Of a stretch of 64,000 bases of DNA, positions 24,584 to 34,109 are shown piece by piece. Every line of letters begins with the position of its first letter. The stretch's first letter is position 1. The position numbers and the translations under genes are program-made. This DNA comes from Pyrinomonadaceae bacterium (GTDB taxonomy: Bacteria; Acidobacteriota; Blastocatellia; Pyrinomonadales; Pyrinomonadaceae): assembly GCA_041752475.1 (NCBI GenBank), contig JBGSWK010000042.1, positions 15,676 to 79,675 on the forward strand. The letters are read 5' to 3'. The notes beneath the pieces are model-generated. The model had not been told where the DNA came from, did no database searches, and was given only the letters and a program-made list of their open reading frames with translations.

Positions 24584-25702
24584 TTAATTCTGCGGTTCCA
24601 GGTTCAGCGATTCGTTCAGCGATACGATCGCAACTTCAAGTTGGTCGTCGTCAGGCTCCTGCGTCGTGATGTTCTGAAGCCAAAGGCCCGGTAACGTCAT
24701 CAGCTTGAAGATCGCACCCGATTCTTTCTTCGCCGCATAGCGAATGACTTCGTACGAAAGCCCGGCGACGAGCGGCATCAGGGCGATGCGAACAATCAGA
24801 TTCAGCCACATTGCCTCGAAATTGATGACCGAAAAAAGGACGATCGCGACGAGCATTACGACCATCAGGAACGATGTTCCGCAGCGCGGATGCTGCCGTC
24901 GCTGTGTCCGTGCGTTGTCAACCGACAAATCGAGTCCCGACTCCCAGTTGAAAACCGTCTTGTGTTCAGCACCGTGATACTCAAAGACGCGCCGGATGTC
25001 CTTCAAAAAAGACATCGAAAAGATCATGATGACGAAAAATACCATTCGGATCAGGCCGTCGATGAGGTTGAATCCGACCCAGCCACCGAACGTATCCAAC
25101 TTGATCTTCCAAACGTACGCTTTGATGAATTCAAGCCAACCGGCGTCAGCGGCGACCGTCGGGGTCGCCGCCCAGCCAAGCGACATAAACAGCAGATTCG
25201 TCAGCACGAGCGGCGCGACGATGAACAACGCGATGTTGAACGCCAGCGCAAAGATGATCGAGCCGACGGCGCCCGCAGATTGCGAGGCCTTTTTGTCTTT
25301 CGACTTTTCGGGCATTATGACCTTCGTCTTAGCCTTCAGAAAATCCTCGTCGGTCGTTCCGTCCACCAGCACCGGAATGGTTTCAAATCCTTCGTTCTTT
25401 GCCTTTTCCTTGGCTTCCAGGTCTTCTTCGAAGATCTTCGCCGAGAAGTTGAGGGCTTTGATTCCGAGCGCCATCGACTGGATCAGCGTTGCGCCGCCGC
25501 GGATCACGGGGATATTCATCCATTTGTATTTATCGCTGAGGCGCGGCAGTCTTTCCGCAGTCGTGACGATCGTCCCGTCCGCGCGACGGCACGCGATCGC
25601 GTATGCCGACGGCGTCCGCATCATCACGCCTTCCATAACCGCCTGACCGCCAACGATCAGATCCTTCTCAAGCGACAAGAACAAATGTAAAAACTTTCTC
25701 AT
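24584..25702 (-). CDS. DUF1385-family membrane protein (the family commonly found next to prfA)
   Basis: N-terminal GGQAVMEGVMMR signature as I recall it for DUF1385, polytopic C-terminal half, position upstream of prfA. Confidence 0.75.
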   Translation of the reverse strand: MRKFLHLFLSLEKDLIVGGQAVMEGVMMRTPSAYAIACRRADGTIVTTAERLPRLSDKYKWMNIPVIRGGATLIQSMALGIKALNFSAKIFEEDLEAKEKAKNEGFETIPVLVDGTTDEDFLKAKTKVIMPEKSKDKKASQSAGAVGSIIFALAFNIALFIVAPLVLTNLLFMSLGWAATPTVAADAGWLEFIKAYVWKIKLDTFGGWVGFNLIDGLIRMVFFVIMIFSMSFLKDIRRVFEYHGAEHKTVFNWESGLDLSVDNARTQRRQHPRCGTSFLMVVMLVAIVLFSVINFEAMWLNLIVRIALMPLVAGLSYEVIRYAAKKESGAIFKLMTLPGLWLQNITTQEPDDDQLEVAIVSLNESLNLEPQN

Positions 25703-25805
25703 AACCTATCTAAAGTACGATGCCGTTTGGAAATCCAAAGTTCGAATTATTTGTGTTCCGGGTGCCGGCGTCAATAAACGCCTGAAGGCGTCACTCGTAC
25801 GTTTC

Positions 25806-25859
25806 GAAATCCAAAATCCCCAGCCCAAATCCAAAATCCAAAATCCCCAATCCAAAATC
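25806..25859. repeat. AAATCC(M)AAAATCC octamer-like tract
   Basis: gaaatccaaaatccccagcccaaatccaaaatccaaaatccccaatccaaaatc, bracketed by the inverted repeat ccggcgtca / tgacgccgg. Confidence 0.7.
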
Positions 25860-25979
25860 AAACTGACGCCGGCGTTTTCGGATTCCATTGCTCAGGATTT
25901 TACACCACAAGCGAACGGCGCGAAAAAGCGTCGGCGTCAGATTGTTCTAAGCTAGTATTGACCGTTGATCAATCTTAAA

Positions 25980-26186
25980 TTATTTGCCACGTGCATAGCG
26001 CTTGTTAAAGCGGTCAACGCGTCCGGCCGTATCGACCAGTTTCTGTTTGCCGGTAAAAAACGGATGGCACTCCGAGCAAATTTCTATGTGCAGTTCGTCT
26101 TTGAGCGTCGAGCGGGTTTTGAAGTTGTTGCCGCACGCACACGTAACGGATATTTCGTTGTAATTCGGATGTATTTCAGGTTTCAT
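25980..26186 (-). CDS. rpmE: 50S ribosomal protein L31 (Zn-ribbon type)
   Basis: MKPEIHPNY..., CACG and [13 protein letters not shown] motifs. Confidence 0.95.
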   Translation of the reverse strand: MKPEIHPNYNEISVTCACGNNFKTRSTLKDELHIEICSECHPFFTGKQKLVDTAGRVDRFNKRYARGK

Positions 26187-26346
26187 TTTTTCAAATGGTC
26201 TCCTATATGTTTAAGATAGCGTCCAAAACGCAAACTACAATAATAGGCTCACCGATACGGAACCGTCAAGCCGATTCGATTTCGGACTCGGGATTTATTA
26301 TTTTTGATCCTCTTTGCCGCTCCGCGCGACCCCCGCGAAGTACGAC

Positions 26347-27522
26347 TCATATCTCTTCCGCAAGAAGCGATTCCAATCGCTGTTCCGTGATCCCGTAAAA
26401 GGCCTTGAGCGCCCGGATCTCGTCGTCAAATCGTTTGAAGTCGGCCGGTTTGCTAAGGCGTGTTGCCACGATCATATTGTTTTTCGGCGTGTGCTCGGTC
26501 GACACGAATTCGAAAACGCGCGTCGAATAACCCGATCTTTCGAGAAGCAATGACCGCATTCCGTCGGTGATCGATTCTGCTTCGCGCTCCAGAAGCACAC
26601 CGTGTTTGAGGATGTCGCGGAGCATCGGCGGCGGTTTGATCTGCGGACGCAATTCCTGATGGCAGCACGGGGCGACGACGATCAGTTCCGCACCTGCATC
26701 AATACCCTTGAAAATGGCATCGTCCGTCGCGGTGTTGCACGCGTGTAGCGCGATTAATATGTCGACGTTTTCGAGAGTGTGGTTGTCGATTCGTCCATCG
26801 ACAAACTCAAGACCGTCAAACTCCGATCCGCGCGCAATGTCGTTGCAGAGTCCGACCAACTGCGTCTTTTCATCGACGCCCGTCACCGAAACATCGAGGC
26901 CGAGAATGTTCCGAAAATAGTCGTACGCCGCAAACGTCAGGTAGCCCTTGCCGCAACCCATATCGACGATACGGATCGATCGGCGGTCTTTCAGGTTCGA
27001 TTTCTCGACGAATCCGTCGAGAGTTTCGACAAAACGGTTTATCTGCTTCCACTTGTCGTGCTGCTTATCACGGACCTCGCCTTTGTCGGTCGTGATCCCG
27101 AGTGCCCGCAGATAAAATCCGTCGACGTTGACGTATCGCTTCTTTTCACGGTCATGGTCGAGCGCGGGCTTCGCCTTGAAAGTCGGTTTCGCGACATTCA
27201 GCCGGGATTTCCCCTTCCGCCCGACATCGAGTTGAAAATCGTGCTCGGTCGTAAAGAGATGGCCCGCCGAAAAGTCCGCTTCGAGCAGTTCGCGCAGAAT
27301 CCTGACGCCGTCGGTAAACTCGTGATTTTTCGCCGTGTCGCGTGTATCATACCGATAGAGAAAAAAGAGGCGCGCGCCCTTGCGTGTTTCAATTGGACGA
27401 ATAAGCAATTTCTGAAGGTGCTCGTCCGCGCCCTTGTACTTTCCCAGAGTCATCTTGACGAATTTCTCTTCGTGAAGACTTTTGGCGAATTCGGCGATAA
27501 ATTTTTCGATGTTTTCAATCAT
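26347..27522 (-). CDS. Class I SAM-dependent methyltransferase with N-terminal accessory domain
   Basis: IVDMGCGKGYLTFA motif I, LIALHACNTATD downstream. Confidence 0.7.
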   Translation of the reverse strand: MIENIEKFIAEFAKSLHEEKFVKMTLGKYKGADEHLQKLLIRPIETRKGARLFFLYRYDTRDTAKNHEFTDGVRILRELLEADFSAGHLFTTEHDFQLDVGRKGKSRLNVAKPTFKAKPALDHDREKKRYVNVDGFYLRALGITTDKGEVRDKQHDKWKQINRFVETLDGFVEKSNLKDRRSIRIVDMGCGKGYLTFAAYDYFRNILGLDVSVTGVDEKTQLVGLCNDIARGSEFDGLEFVDGRIDNHTLENVDILIALHACNTATDDAIFKGIDAGAELIVVAPCCHQELRPQIKPPPMLRDILKHGVLLEREAESITDGMRSLLLERSGYSTRVFEFVSTEHTPKNNMIVATRLSKPADFKRFDDEIRALKAFYGITEQRLESLLAEEI

Positions 27523-27562
27523 TTAACACGACGCGGCTTATAAAGAATCATACGAGAAACCA

Positions 27563-28039
27563 ATGAAGACAATCAACCAAAACGACTTTTTGTATTCAAT
27601 GCTCGCCTTGATCAAAGAGACGTTCGAAGGAACCGAAACGGACTTTGGGACGATGTATCTCGACAAAGAAACGTCGTTGTTCGCGACGCTCGACAAAGTC
27701 GATTCCGAAACCGCTTCGCGGTCGCTGACAGAGGACGGGACGACAATCGCCGCGCATTGCGAGCATCTCAGGTTCTACATCGATTTTTTGAACAATTATC
27801 TCAACGAAAAATTCGAGATCGTTGATTGGAAAGAGAGTTGGAAGACGCGGACAGTCTCGAAAAAGGACTGGAGTACGCTCCGCGGAAAGCTGCATAAAGC
27901 TTATCAAGCGGTGATCGACACGTTCAACGACGTCGAGACCTGGAACGACCACAAGATCTCGGGCGCGCTTGGAATTCTGGCGCACACGGCGTATCACCTG
28001 AGCGCGATTCGGCAGATTTTGAAAGTAATGAAGGCATAG
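27563..28039 (+). CDS. DinB-family protein
   Basis: About 155 aa four-helix-type sequence with conserved His positions (AAHCEHL, HTAYHLSAIRQ). Confidence 0.7.
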   Translation: MKTINQNDFLYSMLALIKETFEGTETDFGTMYLDKETSLFATLDKVDSETASRSLTEDGTTIAAHCEHLRFYIDFLNNYLNEKFEIVDWKESWKTRTVSKKDWSTLRGKLHKAYQAVIDTFNDVETWNDHKISGALGILAHTAYHLSAIRQILKVMKA

Positions 28040-28043
28040 CGTG

Positions 28044-28505
28044 ATGAACCAAATTGAGAAGGACTATTTTTTGAGATCACTTGCGTTTCTTTTGCGCGAA
28101 ACGTTCGAAGGCTCGCCCGAGGGGCAGCCGAGCGCTTATCTGGATCGCGGCGTGGGGATCTTCCCGAGTCTCGATGCGGTCAATGCCGAACAGGTCTCGC
28201 GCGTTGTCAACGGAACAACGGCCGCGGCGCACACCGAGCACGCGAAGTTCTATCTCGACCGGCTTCGCGAGTTTATGACCGGCCGCACCGAACCCGTGCA
28301 CTGGGAACAAAGCTGGCTGATCGAAACGGTTGACGATGAAGAATGGGAAGCGCTCCGGGCATCCGTTCGCAGTTCGTATGAAGAAACGCTGCGGTGTGTC
28401 GCCGAAAACGAGTCTTGGGACGAACGAAATGTCGGATTGGCAATGAGTATGATCGCGCATACCGCATATCACCTCGGCGCAATCCGCCAGCTGCTGAAAA
28501 GCTAG
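28044..28505 (+). CDS. DinB-family protein (tandem paralog)
   Basis: Collinear with the preceding gene (ETFEG, AAHTEHAKFY, HTAYHLGAIRQ); ATG 28044 (GTG 28041 possible). Confidence 0.7.
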   Translation: MNQIEKDYFLRSLAFLLRETFEGSPEGQPSAYLDRGVGIFPSLDAVNAEQVSRVVNGTTAAAHTEHAKFYLDRLREFMTGRTEPVHWEQSWLIETVDDEEWEALRASVRSSYEETLRCVAENESWDERNVGLAMSMIAHTAYHLGAIRQLLKS

Positions 28506-28514
28506 ATTCGATCG

Positions 28515-28931
28515 ATGAGTATGAATTTGTTTCACTTAGCCTTTCCGGTACGAGATCTTGCCGAGGCGCGGGAATTTTACGGCGGCGTCCTCGGCTGTGA
28601 TGAAGGCAGAAGCTCGGACGAATGGATCGACTTCAATCTCTACGGCCACCAGATCGTCGCGCACCTTGCGCCCAATTCGGGCATCGTTCATCGCAACGAG
28701 GTCGACCGGGATCACGTCCCGGTCCCGCATTTCGGAATCGTTCTGCCGATGGACGAGTGGCGGGAACTGGCCGAAAAATTGAGGACGAAAGGCGTCGCGT
28801 TCGTCATCGAACCGAAGCTCCGATTTCAGGGCGAGGTCGGTGAACAGGCAACAATGTTCTTCCTCGACCCGTCGGGTAACGCGCTCGAGTTCAAAGCTTT
28901 CGCCGATTTTTCTCAAGTTTTTGCGAGGTAG
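28515..28931 (+). CDS. VOC/glyoxalase-bleomycin resistance-dioxygenase superfamily protein
   Basis: [11 protein letters not shown]-terminal motif, [18 protein letters not shown]. Confidence 0.8.
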   Translation: MSMNLFHLAFPVRDLAEAREFYGGVLGCDEGRSSDEWIDFNLYGHQIVAHLAPNSGIVHRNEVDRDHVPVPHFGIVLPMDEWRELAEKLRTKGVAFVIEPKLRFQGEVGEQATMFFLDPSGNALEFKAFADFSQVFAR

Positions 28932-28946
28932 GGACCGTTGCCGTCG

Positions 28947-29128
28947 TTCGGAATAGCTGAAAACGGATAACTGAAACCTGATAGGTGGCGACGACCAACT
29001 ATCAGCTTTGATCTATCCGTTTTCAGCTATTCCGAAAGAACATACCTTCGCGGTTTGGTCCTCGCAATCGCTTAGAAAGCTGATAGATGACTAACAGCCT
29101 TAACCTATCCGCTGTCAGCTGCTCCGAA
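28947..29128. repeat. 23-bp perfect inverted repeat plus a third diverged copy
   Basis: ttcggaatagctgaaaacggata (28947-28969) vs tatccgttttcagctattccgaa (29014-29036); related tatccgctgtcagctgctccgaaa at 29105-29128; inner ctgatag/ctatcag pair. Confidence 0.8.
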
Positions 29129-29157
29129 ACAAGTTTTTGAAGTGTCACAGGTGCCTA

Positions 29158-30090
29158 ATGAAAAGATTCATCGCTGTCCTTTTATTGTCAGTTATTTCAA
29201 TACACGCTCAGACCCGTGAGATCGCGGTAACGATCGACGATCTGCCGGTAGTTTCGACGCGAACTGACATCGAAACGCGCCGCGGGATCACACGGAAACT
29301 GCTTGGCCACATCAAGAAGGCGAAGGTGCCGGCGATCGGTTTTGTCAACGAAAACAAGCTTTATGCCGGCGATAAGCGCGACGAGACACAGGTCGAACTG
29401 TTGCGAATGTGGCTCGCGGCCGGGCTCGAACTCGGCAATCACACGTTTTCGCATATGAGTCTTCACGACAACCCGCTCGATAAATACGAAGCCGATATTC
29501 TCAAAGGCGAGATCGTCACGAAGGAACTTCTAAAGGCGAATGACAGGCAGATCCGGTACTTTCGTCATCCGTATCTTTGGACGGGTTTGAGTCTTGAGAC
29601 AAAGAAAGACGTCAGTGAGTTTCTTGCCGAACACGGCTACACCATCGCGCCGGTGACCATCGATAACAGCGACTGGATCTTCGCACGCGCCTACGACCGT
29701 GCTTTCGACAACCGCGACAGAGCCGCGATGAAACGCATCGGCGCGGCATATGTTCCGTACCTTGAATCGAAAGTCGATTATTGGGAAAGGCAGTCGGTAA
29801 AACTCTTCGGTCGCGAGATCAAACAGATCCTGCTTCTTCACGCGAATTTCATCAACTCGGATTATTTCGATGACATCGCGCGAATGCTGAAGAAACGAAA
29901 GTACAAGTTCGTGTCGTTGGAGGAATCGCTCGGTGACGAGGCCTATCGTCTGCCCGACCGTTTCGTCAAACGCAACGGCATTTCGTGGCTCCACCGCTGG
30001 GCGATCGACCGCGGAAAAGAGCACATATTGCCCGGCGAACCAACCGTTCCGGATTTTGTCCTCAAGTTCGCCGGCCTTGAATCGGAATGA
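29158..30090 (+). CDS. Polysaccharide deacetylase (NodB homology) family protein, secreted
   Basis: Signal peptide, VTIDDLP (TFDD-like) and NHTFSH motifs. Confidence 0.8.
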   Translation: MKRFIAVLLLSVISIHAQTREIAVTIDDLPVVSTRTDIETRRGITRKLLGHIKKAKVPAIGFVNENKLYAGDKRDETQVELLRMWLAAGLELGNHTFSHMSLHDNPLDKYEADILKGEIVTKELLKANDRQIRYFRHPYLWTGLSLETKKDVSEFLAEHGYTIAPVTIDNSDWIFARAYDRAFDNRDRAAMKRIGAAYVPYLESKVDYWERQSVKLFGREIKQILLLHANFINSDYFDDIARMLKKRKYKFVSLEESLGDEAYRLPDRFVKRNGISWLHRWAIDRGKEHILPGEPTVPDFVLKFAGLESE

Positions 30091-30099
30091 AACTGCCAA

Positions 30100-31659
30100 T
30101 TAATTGACTGCTCCGTCAACGAGTCGTTTTATCCCGAGCGGATTTGCGTCCTTCAATTCATCAGGCAGCGCCGCTTCCGGGAAATTCTGATAGCAAACAT
30201 ACCTGCAGAAACGATCGATCGCGCGTGTTCCGACGGCGCTCGTGCGTGAATCCGAGGTTGCCGGATACGGGCCGCCGTGGACCATCGCCGCGCCGACTTC
30301 GACTCCCGTCGGATAGCCGTTGAAGATCAACCTGCCGACTTTGGTTTCGAGGATCGCGATCAGGTCGGCAAAATCCGCAAGATCCTCGGGCGTCCCGTGA
30401 ATCGTCGCCGTCAACTGTCCCTCCATTGATCGGGCGATCCGGAGCAGTTCATCGCGTTCCGAGGATTCGACGAGCAAAGTCGTCGGTCCGAAGATCTCGT
30501 CGGCCAGCTTCGGCCTGGCCAGGAACGTCGCGGCGTCTGTCTCGAAAACCGACGCTTCAGCGCCGAATCCGCAAAGATCGTGCGTTCCGCGGGTTGTTTC
30601 GAGATCGCGTTCGTTGCTGAGACGTTCAAAGTTTCCCAGAATTCCGGCAGTCAAAAGCGGCTGAGGCGCCGTGTCTTGAATCAGCTCTCCGAACTTTGCC
30701 TTAAAGGCGATCGTTTCGGCTATCTCGGGAATGATCACGATGCCCGGCTTGGTGCAAAACTGACCGGCCCCCGTTGTTACCGACACGTGAAGTCCCGAGG
30801 CCAATGAATCGGCGCGGTCGCGCATCGCGCTCGGAAGAATGAAGATCGGATTCACCGAGCTCATTTCGGTGTAAACCGGAATCGGTTCGCTTCGGGCCGC
30901 GGCGATGTCCATCAGCGCCCGCCCGCCGGCGCGCGAGCCGGTAAAGCCGACGGCCTTCACGTCGGGGTTTCTCACCAGCGCCTGACCGATCTCGTAGCCT
31001 TTCGAGAATATCAAGCTGAAGACGCCTTCCGGGAGTCCGCATTCCCGGACGGCGTTTGAAATCGCCGTGCCGACCAACTCAGCCGTTCCCGGATGCGCGA
31101 AATGAGCGTTGACGATGACCGGACATCCCGCCGCGAGCGCCGAGGCCGTGTCGCCGCCGGCAACCGAATAGGCGAGCGGAAAATTTCCGGCGCAGAAAAC
31201 CGCAACGGAGCCGAGCGGCCGCAGCATCGATCGCACGTCCGGCTTCGGCAGCGGTTTGCGGTCCGGATCCGGCGTGTCGAGCCGGGCGTCGACCCAGTCG
31301 CCGCGCTCGACGAGATCGGCAAACATCCGGAGCTGAAAACAGGTCCGGCCGCGCTCGCCGACGAATCGCGCGTTCGGCAACCCGGTCTCGAGCGAGGCCC
31401 GTTCGATGAGTTCGTCGCCTAGCGATTCGATGTTGTCGGCGATCCGTCGAAGAAATGCCGATTTTTCAGCTCCCGAAACTCGTCCGTAGGAAATTCTCGC
31501 TTCGCCGGCGAGTTCGCAGGCACGCTCAAGTTCGGCAACGCTCGCTGAATGAAAGTCGGGACCGACGGCCTCGCCCGTCGCCGGGTCGAATGCCGTGAAA
31601 GTTATCGCGGATTCTGAACCGCGCTCGAAGCCGATGATGGATCTTCCGAGTAATTTCAT
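30100..31659 (-). CDS. Aldehyde dehydrogenase, likely alpha-ketoglutarate semialdehyde dehydrogenase
   Basis: ALDH fold with catalytic Cys in GAGQFCTKPG; last gene of the hydroxyproline operon. Confidence 0.75.
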   Translation of the reverse strand: MKLLGRSIIGFERGSESAITFTAFDPATGEAVGPDFHSASVAELERACELAGEARISYGRVSGAEKSAFLRRIADNIESLGDELIERASLETGLPNARFVGERGRTCFQLRMFADLVERGDWVDARLDTPDPDRKPLPKPDVRSMLRPLGSVAVFCAGNFPLAYSVAGGDTASALAAGCPVIVNAHFAHPGTAELVGTAISNAVRECGLPEGVFSLIFSKGYEIGQALVRNPDVKAVGFTGSRAGGRALMDIAAARSEPIPVYTEMSSVNPIFILPSAMRDRADSLASGLHVSVTTGAGQFCTKPGIVIIPEIAETIAFKAKFGELIQDTAPQPLLTAGILGNFERLSNERDLETTRGTHDLCGFGAEASVFETDAATFLARPKLADEIFGPTTLLVESSERDELLRIARSMEGQLTATIHGTPEDLADFADLIAILETKVGRLIFNGYPTGVEVGAAMVHGGPYPATSDSRTSAVGTRAIDRFCRYVCYQNFPEAALPDELKDANPLGIKRLVDGAVN

Positions 31660-31676
31660 AAGATTACGAATTTAGC

Positions 31677-32570
31677 CTAACTCCGCGGCCGATTGCTCAG
31701 CGCGGTTTCGATTATCGCGACGGTTTCTTCCAATTCGCGGCCCGCCAGTTCGAGTCGCGGCGGCCGGACGCGGGCGCTGCCCATTCCGACCTTTTCCTGC
31801 ACAAGCTTGATCAGCTGGACAAACTTCGGGACGGTGTCGAGCCGCAGAAGCGGCAAAAACCAGCGATAGAGTTCGAACGCCTTCTCGCTTTCACCGTTGA
31901 TCGCATAGTTGAAAAGGTCGACCGATTCTTTCGGAAAGGCGCTCACGAGTCCGGCGATCCAGCCGGTCGCTCCGGCATCGATCCCTTCGACGATCGCGTC
32001 GTCGACACCGACGAAAATCGCCAATTTGTCGCCGATCAGCGCGCGGATCGCCGTTACGCGGCGGACGTCTGTGCTCGATTCCTTAACCGCCTGAAGATTC
32101 GGAAACTCGTCTGCCAGTTCCGCAATTTGCTCCGGCAAAAAGTCGGTTCCGTATGCGACCGGATTGTTGTAAAGCATACACGAGAGCGGGGTCGCACGAA
32201 AGATTTCGGCGAGATGGAACTTAAGTTCGCGCCAGTCGCCGCGATAGATATACGGCGGCAGGACCATCAGCCCCGAGCAACCCGCCGACTGCGCGGCGCG
32301 CGCTTGAACGACAGCATCGGCGGTCGAGTACGAAGCGATCGCCGCGATGACCGGAACCCGCGAGCCGACGGCCGCGACGCAGGTCTTCCAAAGCGCGGTC
32401 TTTTCGTCGAGCGAAAGCGCCGCGCCCTCGCCGAGGCTGCCGTTGCTTACGATCCCCGTGCAGCCGTTATCGACCAACCAGGCAACGTGCCGTGCGGTAA
32501 ATTCGTGGTCGATCTCGAGATCCTCGTCGAAACAAGTAGTGATTGCCGGCATTACGCCTTTCCATTTCAT
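31677..32570 (-). CDS. DapA/DHDPS-family enzyme, likely delta1-pyrroline-4-hydroxy-2-carboxylate deaminase
   Basis: DHDPS/NAL family features (GIVSNGSLGE, YNNP); operon context; ATG 32570 preceded by GGAG. Confidence 0.7.
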   Translation of the reverse strand: MKWKGVMPAITTCFDEDLEIDHEFTARHVAWLVDNGCTGIVSNGSLGEGAALSLDEKTALWKTCVAAVGSRVPVIAAIASYSTADAVVQARAAQSAGCSGLMVLPPYIYRGDWRELKFHLAEIFRATPLSCMLYNNPVAYGTDFLPEQIAELADEFPNLQAVKESSTDVRRVTAIRALIGDKLAIFVGVDDAIVEGIDAGATGWIAGLVSAFPKESVDLFNYAINGESEKAFELYRWFLPLLRLDTVPKFVQLIKLVQEKVGMGSARVRPPRLELAGRELEETVAIIETALSNRPRS

Positions 32571-32618
32571 TTCATTCTCCATAAATAAAGTTGTTGCCCG
32601 CAAATGACGCTTCGCGGT

Positions 32619-33851
32619 CTAAAGATCTTCGACTCGAACCGGAAAGATCGGCGGCCTAACCGTGTCCGGCTTCCAGTTAAACAAAAATTGGGTCGCACCG
32701 CCACAGACACGGCCCTGACACGGCCCCATACCGCAGCGTGTTTGCAGTTTCGCGTCACGAAAACTCTCAAAACCCTTGAGCGATTCCAACTTAACGTCTT
32801 CGCACCGGCAGACGATCGTATCCGGCTGCGGGACGTTCTTGAATTCTTCCCGAAGTTCGTAACAACGGTCGAGCGACGCGGCGAAAGCGCGATACTTCTT
32901 CCGCGTACTGAACAAGCGGCGCGCGTCTTCGAACTTCCCGGCGGCCGCCAGTCCGGCGATCCGTCCTTCGATCAGCGCGAGTTCGACTCCGCCGATCCCG
33001 GTCGGTTCGCCCGCACAGAGAAGGTTTGGAACCGACGTGCGCTGGAATTTATCCACGGTAACCAAACCGGCGGCGACCTCGCAGCCGAGCGTTGCGGCGA
33101 GTTCCGTGTTCGGGACGAGATGAAAACCGCACGCCAGATAGTCGCAAACGATCGGTTTGTCGATGCCGCTGAGCCGGACTGTTTGAAGTTTTTCGCGACC
33201 CTCGGCCGCGACGACCCAAGTTCCGGCTTTGAACTTCACGCCCCCGAGACGGCGTTTCAGCCCAACTGCCTGCGCGAGCTTTCCGGGATGACGCCACAGA
33301 CCGAGTCCGAACCTCGCAAGGTTCGCCGGCGGGGTTTGCTCCGCGACGACCAAGACGCGCGCCCCGTTAGCCTTCAGATAGTCGGCCACGGCGAGCAAGA
33401 GCGGACCCGTGCCGGCGACGACGACGCGCTTGCTTTCAACGTTCAATCCGCCTTTCACCAGCGCCTGCAGGCCGCCGGCGCCGAAGACGTTCGGCAGCGT
33501 CCAGCCCGGAAACGGCAGAAACCGTTCGCGCGCGCCGGTCGCGCTGATCAACCGGTCGAATCCGATCTCAAGGCGTCCCTCGGGCGTTTCGGCGAGCACG
33601 GTTCGATCGTTCGACGCGGCAAAAACCACCGCGTTGCCGATCACCGATACTTCATTTAGCTCGAGTCTCCCGATCAATCGTCGCGCTTCCGGCGATTTGA
33701 TCTGCCCGAGTTCGGCGCGCCAAATCTGGCCGCCGAGACGCGGGTTGTCGTCGACGATGGTGACGCGTTTCCCGACAGCTTCGGCCGCCGCCGCGAGTCC
33801 CGCTGCGCCTCCGCCGACGATCAGAATTTCAGTTTCCAGACGTTGCGACAT
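32619..33851 (-). CDS. FAD/NAD(P)-binding oxidoreductase, large subunit of a heteromeric D-hydroxyproline dehydrogenase (HcnB/OoxA-like)
   Basis: ILIVGGGAAGLAAA dinucleotide motif and a second VVVAGTGPLLL motif; C-terminal Cys cluster CRCE...CGMGPCQGRVCG. Confidence 0.7.
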   Translation of the reverse strand: MSQRLETEILIVGGGAAGLAAAAEAVGKRVTIVDDNPRLGGQIWRAELGQIKSPEARRLIGRLELNEVSVIGNAVVFAASNDRTVLAETPEGRLEIGFDRLISATGARERFLPFPGWTLPNVFGAGGLQALVKGGLNVESKRVVVAGTGPLLLAVADYLKANGARVLVVAEQTPPANLARFGLGLWRHPGKLAQAVGLKRRLGGVKFKAGTWVVAAEGREKLQTVRLSGIDKPIVCDYLACGFHLVPNTELAATLGCEVAAGLVTVDKFQRTSVPNLLCAGEPTGIGGVELALIEGRIAGLAAAGKFEDARRLFSTRKKYRAFAASLDRCYELREEFKNVPQPDTIVCRCEDVKLESLKGFESFRDAKLQTRCGMGPCQGRVCGGATQFLFNWKPDTVRPPIFPVRVEDL

Positions 33852-33872
33852 ATATTGCCCGAGATCGGATGG

Positions 33873-34109
33873 TCAGTCCGTATTGATCTCCATCCCGTTC
33901 TCGACGACCGTTTGGCAGCTGCGGCGGTGCCGGACGCCGTCGATAGTCACGCGGCATTCGAAACAAGTTCCCATCCCGCATAACGGGAACCGCCGCTCTC
34001 CCGAGACTGAAAGCCGGAATCCCTCGGTTACGGCGTTCAGGATCGCCGCCGCGACGGTCGTGCCGTCGGCGACTGTAGTCGAAACTCCGTTGATTCGCAC
34101 CTCTTTCAT
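33873..34109 (-). CDS. Small (2Fe-2S)-binding subunit (HcnA/OoxB-small-like)
   Basis: About 78 aa with CGMGTCFEC cluster motif; start ATG 34109 (GTG 34112 possible), 1-nt overlap with the upstream stop. Confidence 0.65.
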   Translation of the reverse strand: MKEVRINGVSTTVADGTTVAAAILNAVTEGFRLSVSGERRFPLCGMGTCFECRVTIDGVRHRRSCQTVVENGMEINTD

